From assembly GCA_964391515.1 (NCBI GenBank), contig CAYMML010000003.1, forward strand, positions 1-46,646: a stretch of DNA of 46,646 nt, in the 5' to 3' direction. The position numbers and the translations under genes were made by a program. Below are positions 27,688 through 35,154 of the stretch, piece by piece. The DNA is from an uncultured Thermodesulfovibrio sp. GTDB taxonomy: Bacteria; Nitrospirota; Thermodesulfovibrionia; Thermodesulfovibrionales; JdFR-85. How positions within the stretch are numbered: the first letter of the stretch is position 1; each line of letters opens with the position of its first letter. The notes under the pieces were generated by a model. It searched no databases. It was not told the DNA's origin and saw only the letters and a program-made list of their open reading frames with translations.

Positions 27688-28878
27688 ATGTTCAAGATGC
27701 TTTCCATAAGTGCCGGGGAGTCTCATGGAAGAGGCCTTCTTGGAATAATCGAGGGGATTCCGGCAAACCTGCCCCTGTCTGAGCAGTACATAAACCACCA
27801 ACTCAGGCGCAGACAGAAGGGGTTTGGCCGCGGTGGAAGGATGAAGATAGAGTCTGACACCGTGGAGATCATCTCCGGAATAAGGTGGGGCAAAACCCTT
27901 GGCTCTCCCATCGGGCTCCTCATCTGGAACCGTGACTGGGAAAACTGGAAGGAGGGGATGTCACATTCTGAAGTTCACTCAGGAAGCATCCCTCCCGTCA
28001 CCCGTCCACGCCCCGGGCATGCCGATCTCTCAGGGATAATGAAGTACTCCCAGAGGGATATAAGAAACATCCTTGAGCGGTCATCTGCCCGTGAGACCGC
28101 CATGAGGGTTGCCCTTGGTACTGTGGCAAGGAGTTTCCTTGAATACTTCGGGATCAGGATCGGTAGTTTTGTGACCTCCATTGGGGGTGCATCAATAGGG
28201 CTTGATCTATCCGGTCTGAAGACCGAAACCCTCCTTGATCTTTCAAAGGAGGCGGATGCCTCCGATCTCCACCTACCCCGGCCTGAGGAGTACGAACGTT
28301 TTAAAGACGAGGTTACAAAAGCAATGGAACAGGGCTACTCCCTTGGGGGTGTGTTTACGGTATTTGCAACCGGTGTTCCTCCGGGGCTTGGCTCTCACAC
28401 CCAGTGGTACCGGAGGATTGATGGTCTGATTGCACACGCCTTCATGGGGATACAGGCAATAAAGGGGGTTGAGATAGGTGATGGGTTCTCAATGGCAGCA
28501 AGGCCAGGGTTTGAGGTGCTCGATGAGATACTGCTTGATGGTGGAAGGCTGAAACGACCTACCAACCACGCTGGTGGGGTTGAAGGAGGGATCACAAACG
28601 GGATGCCCTTGATTGTTACCGCCGCAATGAAGCCCATCCCCACACAGAGAAGACCCCTTCGTTCCATAGACATTGACACCCATGAGGAGGTGGAGGCCGC
28701 CTACGAACGCTCCGATGTATGCGCCGTTCCGGCTGCCGCAGTTATAGGTGAGGCGGTACTTTCACTGCTCCTTGCCGAGGCGTTCCTTGAGAAGTTTGGT
28801 GGAGACAGTATGGAAGAAACGGAGAGGAATTACAGGGGCTTTATGAATGGCCTCAGCCTGAGCCCACCTGAAGCCTGA
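27688..28878 (+). CDS. aroC: Chorismate synthase
   Basis: 396 aa with GESHG near the N-terminus, …RPGHADL… and …RSDVCAVPAA… motifs. Confidence 0.9.
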   Translation: MFKMLSISAGESHGRGLLGIIEGIPANLPLSEQYINHQLRRRQKGFGRGGRMKIESDTVEIISGIRWGKTLGSPIGLLIWNRDWENWKEGMSHSEVHSGSIPPVTRPRPGHADLSGIMKYSQRDIRNILERSSARETAMRVALGTVARSFLEYFGIRIGSFVTSIGGASIGLDLSGLKTETLLDLSKEADASDLHLPRPEEYERFKDEVTKAMEQGYSLGGVFTVFATGVPPGLGSHTQWYRRIDGLIAHAFMGIQAIKGVEIGDGFSMAARPGFEVLDEILLDGGRLKRPTNHAGGVEGGITNGMPLIVTAAMKPIPTQRRPLRSIDIDTHEEVEAAYERSDVCAVPAAAVIGEAVLSLLLAEAFLEKFGGDSMEETERNYRGFMNGLSLSPPEA

Positions 28879-28885
28879 GATATAG

Positions 28886-29404
28886 ATGAAAAACATAGTG
28901 CTTACAGGATTCATGGGTACAGGCAAGACCGCCGTGGGCAGGGAACTCTCAAAGTTGCTCGGCTTAAAACTCGTTGAGATAGATTCAGAGATTGAAAGAC
29001 GCACAGGTAAGAGTATTAAGGAGATATTCCGAGATGACGGAGAGGCAAAGTTCAGAGACCTTGAAACAGAGGTGATAAAGGAGTTTTCGGACAGAGAAAA
29101 CCTGATCATCTCCACCGGAGGCGGGGCGGTGATGAGAGAGGAAAATATCAGGGCATTGAAAAAAAAGGGGATACTCTTCTGCCTCACGGCAGAGCCCGAA
29201 AGCATCCTTCAAAGGACATCACGGAGTGACGAGCGGCCTCTTCTAAATGTTGATGACCCGCTAAAAAGGATAAAGGAACTCCTTGAAGCAAGGCGTCCCC
29301 AGTATATGAAGGCGGATCGAATGATCAACACCGAGGGGAAGACACCCTCTCAGGTGGCAAGAGAGATCATCGCCACTTTAAGAAAGGAGTTTGGTAATAA
29401 TTAA
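28886..29404 (+). CDS. aroK: Shikimate kinase
   Basis: 172 aa with P-loop GFMGTGKTAVG and the typical IISTGGGAV segment. It starts 7 nt after aroC. Confidence 0.9.
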   Translation: MKNIVLTGFMGTGKTAVGRELSKLLGLKLVEIDSEIERRTGKSIKEIFRDDGEAKFRDLETEVIKEFSDRENLIISTGGGAVMREENIRALKKKGILFCLTAEPESILQRTSRSDERPLLNVDDPLKRIKELLEARRPQYMKADRMINTEGKTPSQVAREIIATLRKEFGNN

Positions 29405-29422
29405 GGGCAGGAGGTATGGAGC

Positions 29423-30919
29423 ATGAAAAGAGAACAGTGGAAATCACAGTTAGGCTTTTTGCTTGCCGCCGTTGGTTCTGCCATCGGGCTTGGAAACATC
29501 TGGCGGTTCAGTTACATGGCCTACTCATACGGTGGGGGTGCCTTTTTGATCCCCTATCTCACGGCACTCTTTACTGCAGGCATACCGCTCATGATACTTG
29601 AGTTTGCTATCGGGCATGAGAGGATCGGTTCTGCACCGCTTGCCTATGCAAAGATAAGGAAAAACTGGGAGTGGCTCGGCTGGTGGGCGGTTATCTTTGT
29701 GATGTTCGGTATCGTCCTCTACTATACGGTGGTGATTGCATGGTGTCTTAACTACTTCCTCCTTGCCTTCAATCTGGGATGGGGAACTGACCCGAATGCC
29801 TTTTTCTTCCAGAAGTTTCTTGCCATGTCCAAATCCGCCGGTGCCATCGGCGAGATAAGGAGCCCCATCCTCTTTGCCCTGATTATCATCTGGCTTATAA
29901 ACTGGGCTATCGTCTTTCGTGGAGTACAGCGGGGGCTTGAACTTGCAAACAAGATATTCATGCCTCTTCTCTTCCTGCTCACCGCCGTTCTCGTCTTCTG
30001 GTCTCTCAGCCTCGATGGTGCAGGAGACGGTATAAAGGCATACCTGAGCCCCGACTTCAGCAAACTCTCAAACCCCAAGGTCTGGATAGACGCCTTCAGC
30101 CAGATATTCTTCACCCTGAGCCTTGGGTTTGGCATCATGATCGCCTACGCAAGTTACCTCCCTGCAAAATCCAACATTACGAAAAACGCCTACCTTACCG
30201 CCTTTATAAACTGCGGTTACTCACTATTTGCAGGGTTTGCGGTCTTTTCAGTTCTGGGGTTTATGGCAAACGCACAGGGCAAACCAATATCCGAGGTGGT
30301 ATCACAGAGTATCGGTCTTGCCTTTGTTGCTTACCCGAAGGCACTCAGCATGATGCCCGGGGGCAACATGTTTGGTGCAATCTTCTTTTTCTGTCTGGTA
30401 GTTGCAGGTATCTCATCATCTGTTTCCATAATAGAGGCATTTACCTCTGCACTCATCGATAAATTCGGTATAAACAGGAAGGTTCTGGTGAGTATCCTGT
30501 CTGTCCTGGGTTTCCTTGGCTCCATCATATTTACCACTCAGGCAGGTCTTATCTGGCTGGACATAGTAGATCACTTCCTTACCAATTACGGGCTGGTGGT
30601 GGTGGGCATTGCTGAGTGCATACTCGCCGGATGGCTCTTTGACATTACGATCCTTCAAAGGCATATCAACAAGGTCTCAAGCATCAAACTCGGCAAGACC
30701 TGGATCACCCTTATAAGATACTTTGTTCCGTTAATACTTGCAATCATGCTTGCAGGTGCGATCAAGAACGAGGTGGCAAAGCCCTACGGCGGATATGGCT
30801 GGGCGGCGGTTGCCTTAATAGGGATAAACTGGATCGTACTTACGGTGCTTGCCGCAGTGGTTATTGCATCCAGAAACTGGCGGACAGATCAAAACAAACA
30901 CAGTGGGAGGGCGGGCTAA
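29423..30919 (+). CDS. Sodium-dependent transporter, neurotransmitter:sodium symporter (SNF/NSS) family
   Basis: 498 aa with about 11-12 TM helices. The N-terminal NSS signature is W.S..GF.LAAVGSAIGLGNIWRFSY…GGGAFLIPY. GGAGG lies 8 nt before the ATG. Confidence 0.88.
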   Translation: MKREQWKSQLGFLLAAVGSAIGLGNIWRFSYMAYSYGGGAFLIPYLTALFTAGIPLMILEFAIGHERIGSAPLAYAKIRKNWEWLGWWAVIFVMFGIVLYYTVVIAWCLNYFLLAFNLGWGTDPNAFFFQKFLAMSKSAGAIGEIRSPILFALIIIWLINWAIVFRGVQRGLELANKIFMPLLFLLTAVLVFWSLSLDGAGDGIKAYLSPDFSKLSNPKVWIDAFSQIFFTLSLGFGIMIAYASYLPAKSNITKNAYLTAFINCGYSLFAGFAVFSVLGFMANAQGKPISEVVSQSIGLAFVAYPKALSMMPGGNMFGAIFFFCLVVAGISSSVSIIEAFTSALIDKFGINRKVLVSILSVLGFLGSIIFTTQAGLIWLDIVDHFLTNYGLVVVGIAECILAGWLFDITILQRHINKVSSIKLGKTWITLIRYFVPLILAIMLAGAIKNEVAKPYGGYGWAAVALIGINWIVLTVLAAVVIASRNWRTDQNKHSGRAG

Positions 30920-31806
30920 CCGCCCTTACCCACGGCAAACCTCATAAACCGCTCTGTCTGGACAGGAAGAGTCCTCCTGCTATGTGTCAGGAAATAAAAC
31001 CTCCTCCTTATCTTCAGACCCTTGACCCTGATCTCCCTCAGACTCCCCCTCCTCAACTCCTCTTTCACAGAGAGTCGGGAAAGAAAGGAAATACCAAGCC
31101 CCTGTAATAACGACTCCTTGACCGCGTCGGTAGAGCCGAACATGGCCACCACCCTTAGATTGCCGGGTTCAAACCCGACCTTCTGAAGCGCATCCTCTAT
31201 TGCCTTTCTTGTCCCTGAGCCCTCCTCCCTGATCACAAAGGGGATGTTGGTCAGTTCATCAAGCCGGATCTCTTTACCCACAGACTGTTCAGAGCCTGCA
31301 ACCAGGATTATCTCGTCCTCCCTGAAGGGCCTGTAACTGAGCCTGTCATCTCCGTTTCTCTTTGAACCCACTATACCACAGGTAAGGTCATGGCGTAGAA
31401 CCATATCCGTTATTTCTGATGAGTCACCTATAATGACCCTGAACGAGACATCAGGATACTTACCGACAAAGGTCTTTATAAGTGGCGGCATCAGATACGT
31501 GCCGGGAATGGTGCTTGCCCCAATCTCGATGGTGCCAGATATCCTTGACCTATCAGTCTCGAGGTATGAGGGAATCCTCTCAATCTCTTCCACCACCTCC
31601 TCCGCCTTAGGGAACAGGATATCCGCCTCTGAAGTAGGGATTATTGATCTTCCAAGTCTGTCAAACAGCCTCTTACCCAACTCCTCCTCAAGAGACATTA
31701 TGTGTTCACTAACGGTGGGCTGGCTGAGACCCAGTTCTTCCGCAGCCCGGGAAAAACTCCTGTTCTTATACACCGCCATGAATACCCTTAACTGATGAAC
31801 ATCCAT
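30916..31806 (-). CDS. LysR-family transcriptional regulator
   Basis: 296 aa with an N-terminal wHTH (LRVFMAVYKNRSFSRAAEELGLSQPTVSEHIMSLEEELG) and a C-terminal LysR substrate-binding domain. GGAAGGTGG acts as the SD. Confidence 0.9.
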   Translation of the reverse strand: MDVHQLRVFMAVYKNRSFSRAAEELGLSQPTVSEHIMSLEEELGKRLFDRLGRSIIPTSEADILFPKAEEVVEEIERIPSYLETDRSRISGTIEIGASTIPGTYLMPPLIKTFVGKYPDVSFRVIIGDSSEITDMVLRHDLTCGIVGSKRNGDDRLSYRPFREDEIILVAGSEQSVGKEIRLDELTNIPFVIREEGSGTRKAIEDALQKVGFEPGNLRVVAMFGSTDAVKESLLQGLGISFLSRLSVKEELRRGSLREIRVKGLKIRRRFYFLTHSRRTLPVQTERFMRFAVGKGG

Positions 31807-31842
31807 AAGCCACCTTCCCGTCAGATTTGGTTTCTGGGAATT

Positions 31843-31871
31843 AGTATATCCAAACCCTCCAATTTATACAA
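31843..31871 (-). promoter_or_regulatory. Candidate sigma70 promoter of the LysR gene
   Basis: On the minus strand: TTGTAT (31871-31866), a 17-nt spacer, then TATACT (31848-31843), about 37 nt upstream of the ATG. Confidence 0.5.
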
Positions 31872-31894
31872 CTGTTTTCCCTCGGATGTGTTTA

Positions 31895-31930
31895 TTTGCA
31901 GAAGTGCAAAATTGTTTGCAGATGTGCAAA
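31895..31930. promoter_or_regulatory. Two tandem 16-bp perfect dyads TTTGCA-N4-TGCAAA (operator / LTTR-box-like)
   Basis: TTTGCAGAAGTGCAAA (31895-31910) and TTTGCAGATGTGCAAA (31915-31930) lie 20 bp apart centre to centre. Each contains a T-N11-A core, and they sit in the divergent lysR / two-CW intergenic region. Confidence 0.7.
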
Positions 31931-31966
31931 TTTTTGGTTCAGCATTTATTCGGCAGTTCAAATACT

Positions 31967-31982
31967 TGGTGCTTAGTATGCA
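31967..31982 (+). promoter_or_regulatory. Sigma54-like -24/-12 element (alternatively part of a third dyad, 31975-31993)
   Basis: TGGTGC-TTAGT-ATGCA has the GG and GC at the canonical 12-nt register of TGGCAC-N5-TTGCA. It lies about 90 nt upstream of the two-CW ORF. The same bases form the imperfect palindrome AGTATGCAA-T-TTGCTTACT. Confidence 0.35.
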
Positions 31983-32070
31983 ATTTGCTTACTCCATCTA
32001 ACCTGAAACAGGCCATTTGCACTTGATTTTTTACTAATCCGGGCTAAAAAATAAACCTTAAGGGGGATTT

Positions 32071-32400
32071 ATGAAAAAGATCAACTGCTGGGAGTTCAAG
32101 AAGTGTGGGCGGGAACCGGGTGGGGAACTATCCAAATCTCTTGGGGTCTGTCCGGCAACTGTCAGTAGATCGATGGACGGTCTTAACGGTGGTAAAAACG
32201 GTGGAAGGATCTGCTGGCTCGTTGCAGGCACCTTCGGTAAGGCACGCGCCTCCTATGCAGACTGTGTTGAGGCTGAAAGACTAAACTCCTGCCTTGAATG
32301 CGAGTTCCATAACCTCGTCCTGAAAGAGGAGGGGTATGAGTTAAACGAAACACTTCCTTCTGCACTTTCACTGAAGGCACAAACAGGGTCTTTGCCTTGA
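32071..32400 (+). CDS. Small Cys-rich 'two-CW' domain protein, function unknown
   Basis: 109 aa with AAGGGGGA as the SD. The N-terminus is MKKINCWEFKKCGREPGG, and a second CW occurs at GGRICWLVAGT. There are seven Cys (6, 12, 27, 48, 65, 74, 77), including CLEC. From memory this matches the two-CW domain seen alone or at the N-termini of signalling proteins in anaerobes. Confidence 0.7.
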   Translation: MKKINCWEFKKCGREPGGELSKSLGVCPATVSRSMDGLNGGKNGGRICWLVAGTFGKARASYADCVEAERLNSCLECEFHNLVLKEEGYELNETLPSALSLKAQTGSLP

Positions 32401-32523
32401 TGTCGTAGCCTTCTCGAGTTTTCTGTTTTTTGTTTTTCATCACTTAGACCTGTACATCTATGCCGTGCCACACACCCATAGATTTTATAAATAATTGTTT
32501 TCATATTTATAGATTTTTTCTAT

Positions 32524-32553
32524 TTGACATATTACAACTGCCTTTAATATGAT
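32524..32553 (+). promoter_or_regulatory. Sigma70 promoter of yedF
   Basis: Consensus TTGACA (32524-32529) is followed by TAATAT at 15 nt or TATGAT at 18 nt (32548-32553). The region immediately upstream is AT-rich and contains repeats. Confidence 0.6.
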
Positions 32554-32632
32554 AGGTTATACAAATAAGTTTGTATGGAAGAATGTTTAACAGATTTCAC
32601 AACAATAATCTTCACTAACGAAAGGCACTATT

Positions 32633-33226
32633 ATGGTAAAGATTGATGCAAGGGGGCTTGGTTGCCCCAAGCCTGTAGTAATGGCGGACGATGCACTCCA
32701 GAAAATAAATGAAGGCACTGTGGAAGTGCTGGTGGACAACGAGGCATCTGTAAAGAACCTGGAGAAGTTTGCAAAAAAGTCTGGCTTTACACCAGAGGTT
32801 ATCCCAAGCGATGGCTATTGGGCGGTAAGGATAACCAAGGGTTATACCTGTGAGATAATCAAAGAAGATGCCTCAACTGAACCGAACGAACAAAAGGGAC
32901 TACTCATGGTGATCGGAACCGATACCCTTGGCAAGGATGAAGCACTGGGGGGCATCCTCATGAAGGGGTTCCTCGAGACCATGAAGGTAACGGGTGAGTT
33001 GCCAGATATGATCTTCTTTTTGAATGCGGGAGTAAAACTCACCACCACCAACGAGGAAACGGTCACCGTCCTCAAGGAGATGGAATCAAAAGGGGTGGAG
33101 ATATTCTCCTGTGGAACCTGTCTGAAACACTACGGTCTTGAGGATAGCCTGAGGGTTGGATACAGGGGGACAACCAACCACATAGTTGAGGGGATGCAGG
33201 AGTTTAAAAAGGTTGTCTGGATCTGA
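32633..33226 (+). CDS. yedF: YedF-type sulfurtransferase-like selenium metabolism protein (TusA-like + DsrE-like domains)
   Basis: 197 aa with an N-terminal TusA/SirA module carrying the CPxP motif (DARGLGCPKP). The C-terminal DsrE/F-like module has …IFFLNAGVKL… and …SCGTCL…. Confidence 0.8.
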   Translation: MVKIDARGLGCPKPVVMADDALQKINEGTVEVLVDNEASVKNLEKFAKKSGFTPEVIPSDGYWAVRITKGYTCEIIKEDASTEPNEQKGLLMVIGTDTLGKDEALGGILMKGFLETMKVTGELPDMIFFLNAGVKLTTTNEETVTVLKEMESKGVEIFSCGTCLKHYGLEDSLRVGYRGTTNHIVEGMQEFKKVVWI

Positions 33227-35150
33227 GGCCAAGCAGTTCTGAATATATGAGGTAACTCTTCAGTACCCGCATCACATAGTATCTCGTCTCCCTGAAGGGG
33301 ATGTCTTCTATAAACTCATCAATAGAACCGTAGTGGTAGTTTCTCAACCACTCCTCCACCCTATCCTCACCGGCATTATACGCAGCCACGGCCGTGGCAA
33401 GTTCACCAAACTCATCAATCAGGTCTCCAAGATAGGCTGTCCCGACAAAGATGTTCAGTGCGGGGTCTGTAAGGTTATCCGGGTTCATTTCATAGAAGAG
33501 TCCCTTAGACCTTAAAATCCTCTCTGCCGTGCCGGGCATGAGTTGCATAAGCCCTACAGCACCTGCTGGAGATACTGCATCCTCCATAAACCTGCTCTCC
33601 TCTCGCATCACCGCAAGTACCAGAGCAGGGCTTACGCCAACTCTCATGGAACTCTCAAGCACAATATCCCTGTATGCCACCGGGTATAACAGTTCCAGAT
33701 GTCCGCTGCCATCAGACAATCCATCTGCACACCTAACGACCTCGTCGTATGCACCTGCCTTGAGAAAGGCCCTGCAAAGGAATATCCTTTCTCCATCATC
33801 CTCTGCATTTACAGTCCTGACCTCCCGTGATGCAAAGTATCCAAGTCCCATCTCCGAAAGGAGTTTCACCCTCTGGAAGGTCTTTTCAAGTTCTGCCGGC
33901 ATGCCCTGAAGGTCTTTCTCTTCTGATCTGACCACCGGCAGGGATACCATCCTCATGGCTGTAAAGGGCTTTCTAAACTGATAGAGCGCTGCATAAAAGG
34001 ACTCATGAACGGGTATCCCCCCAAGGAGAAATGCCCTTACATCATCTCCCCTTCCGAGTTTCTCACTTGCCCTGTCAAGCCAGTAAAGATACCTGGTTCT
34101 GCCGGATATACTATAAAGGCTCTTCAGGTCCTTATAGGCGATCTGGAGGCTGCCTGACAGATACTCAGCCCATGCCCTCTGCCATAGGGCATCCTCTTTA
34201 CAGAGACGGTTCGACCGGTAAATCTTTCCAAACCTATCTATTGCATCAGCAAACTCTCCGGATCTTCTCCTGTAAAGCCCCCTTAAGAGCCCAATCCTGC
34301 AACCCTCCTCTGACTCTTCATGCACCAGTCTCCGGGCGATTTCTTCGAACCTTCCGTAGTCCCCTGCCCTATAAAAAGACACGGCCGTCCTGTACAGTTC
34401 TCCTCCCCTTAAGAGGTATCTCGTCGCCCTCTGGTAATCCTTCTTACTGAATGCTATATCCCCAAGGAGTCTGTAGATATCACGCACATAATAGGGGGGT
34501 TTCCTCTGAAGGAGACCAAAAAGTATCCCTTCGGCCTCATCAAAGTATCTCCCCTTAATGAGGTTCTCGGAAAGCCTTAGCAACTCCGTCACCTTAAGGG
34601 GTATCTCCTTCAGATGCCTCCTCAGTTTAAAGTAGTATCTGTCACCGTCGAGTATGAGGCGTTTATAGATCCGTAATGCCCTCCCCTTATGGCCTGTCTG
34701 TTCAAGAACCCTCCCGTAAAGGAACACCACTCTCCTGTCCTCAGGAAAGGCAGACCTGTACCGGTCGTAATACCTCTTAAACTCCCCAACCAGATCAGCC
34801 CTCAAGGAACTTCCGGAGTTCTCTATCTCCTGTTCAAGCAGTGTGAGTCTATAAAGAATTAGATCATATAGGAGAGAGAGTGATCTGCCATGGATGCTCT
34901 CAAACCAGTCAAGGGCATCAGTACATGCATCAAATGTGGATGTCCGGCATATCTGTACGGTGCGAAAGTAGGAAAGGTAATCTGAAAGGAGGCCGGAGTG
35001 GTCTTTAGAGAGATGCTCTATGGCACCTTCTATATCAAACCTTTCAATATCTGAAGGAGAAAGGGGGAGTCTTTCCGGGAGGGCATAGGCGGGCAGATAG
35101 AGAATAACGAGCAGAAAAAGCCCTGCCAGAAGCCCCCTTATTAGCAACAC
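33204..35150 (-). CDS. Soluble lytic murein transglycosylase (Slt70-like)
   Basis: The C-terminal SLT domain (MREESRFMEDAVSPAGAVGLMQLMPGTA…AYNAG) follows a long superhelical repeat region. I prefer the GTG start at 35150 (GGAG 6 nt upstream, 4 nt after the upstream stop), giving the signal peptide VLLIRGLLAGLFLLVILYLPAYA. The track ORF runs to 35255. Confidence 0.85.
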   Translation of the reverse strand: MLLIRGLLAGLFLLVILYLPAYALPERLPLSPSDIERFDIEGAIEHLSKDHSGLLSDYLSYFRTVQICRTSTFDACTDALDWFESIHGRSLSLLYDLILYRLTLLEQEIENSGSSLRADLVGEFKRYYDRYRSAFPEDRRVVFLYGRVLEQTGHKGRALRIYKRLILDGDRYYFKLRRHLKEIPLKVTELLRLSENLIKGRYFDEAEGILFGLLQRKPPYYVRDIYRLLGDIAFSKKDYQRATRYLLRGGELYRTAVSFYRAGDYGRFEEIARRLVHEESEEGCRIGLLRGLYRRRSGEFADAIDRFGKIYRSNRLCKEDALWQRAWAEYLSGSLQIAYKDLKSLYSISGRTRYLYWLDRASEKLGRGDDVRAFLLGGIPVHESFYAALYQFRKPFTAMRMVSLPVVRSEEKDLQGMPAELEKTFQRVKLLSEMGLGYFASREVRTVNAEDDGERIFLCRAFLKAGAYDEVVRCADGLSDGSGHLELLYPVAYRDIVLESSMRVGVSPALVLAVMREESRFMEDAVSPAGAVGLMQLMPGTAERILRSKGLFYEMNPDNLTDPALNIFVGTAYLGDLIDEFGELATAVAAYNAGEDRVEEWLRNYHYGSIDEFIEDIPFRETRYYVMRVLKSYLIYSELLGLRSRQPF

Positions 35151-35154
35151 CGGA

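Noticed and set aside
32398-32481. Possible TGA-selenocysteine read-through of the two-CW ORF, considered because yedF is next door. The extension would read U-CRSLLEFSVFCFSSLRPVHLCRATHP.
   Set aside because: There is no convincing SECIS-like hairpin within about 10-40 nt after the TGA. The extension is T-rich and non-coding-like, and the protein already ends after its Cys-rich domain. A homologue alignment could revisit this.
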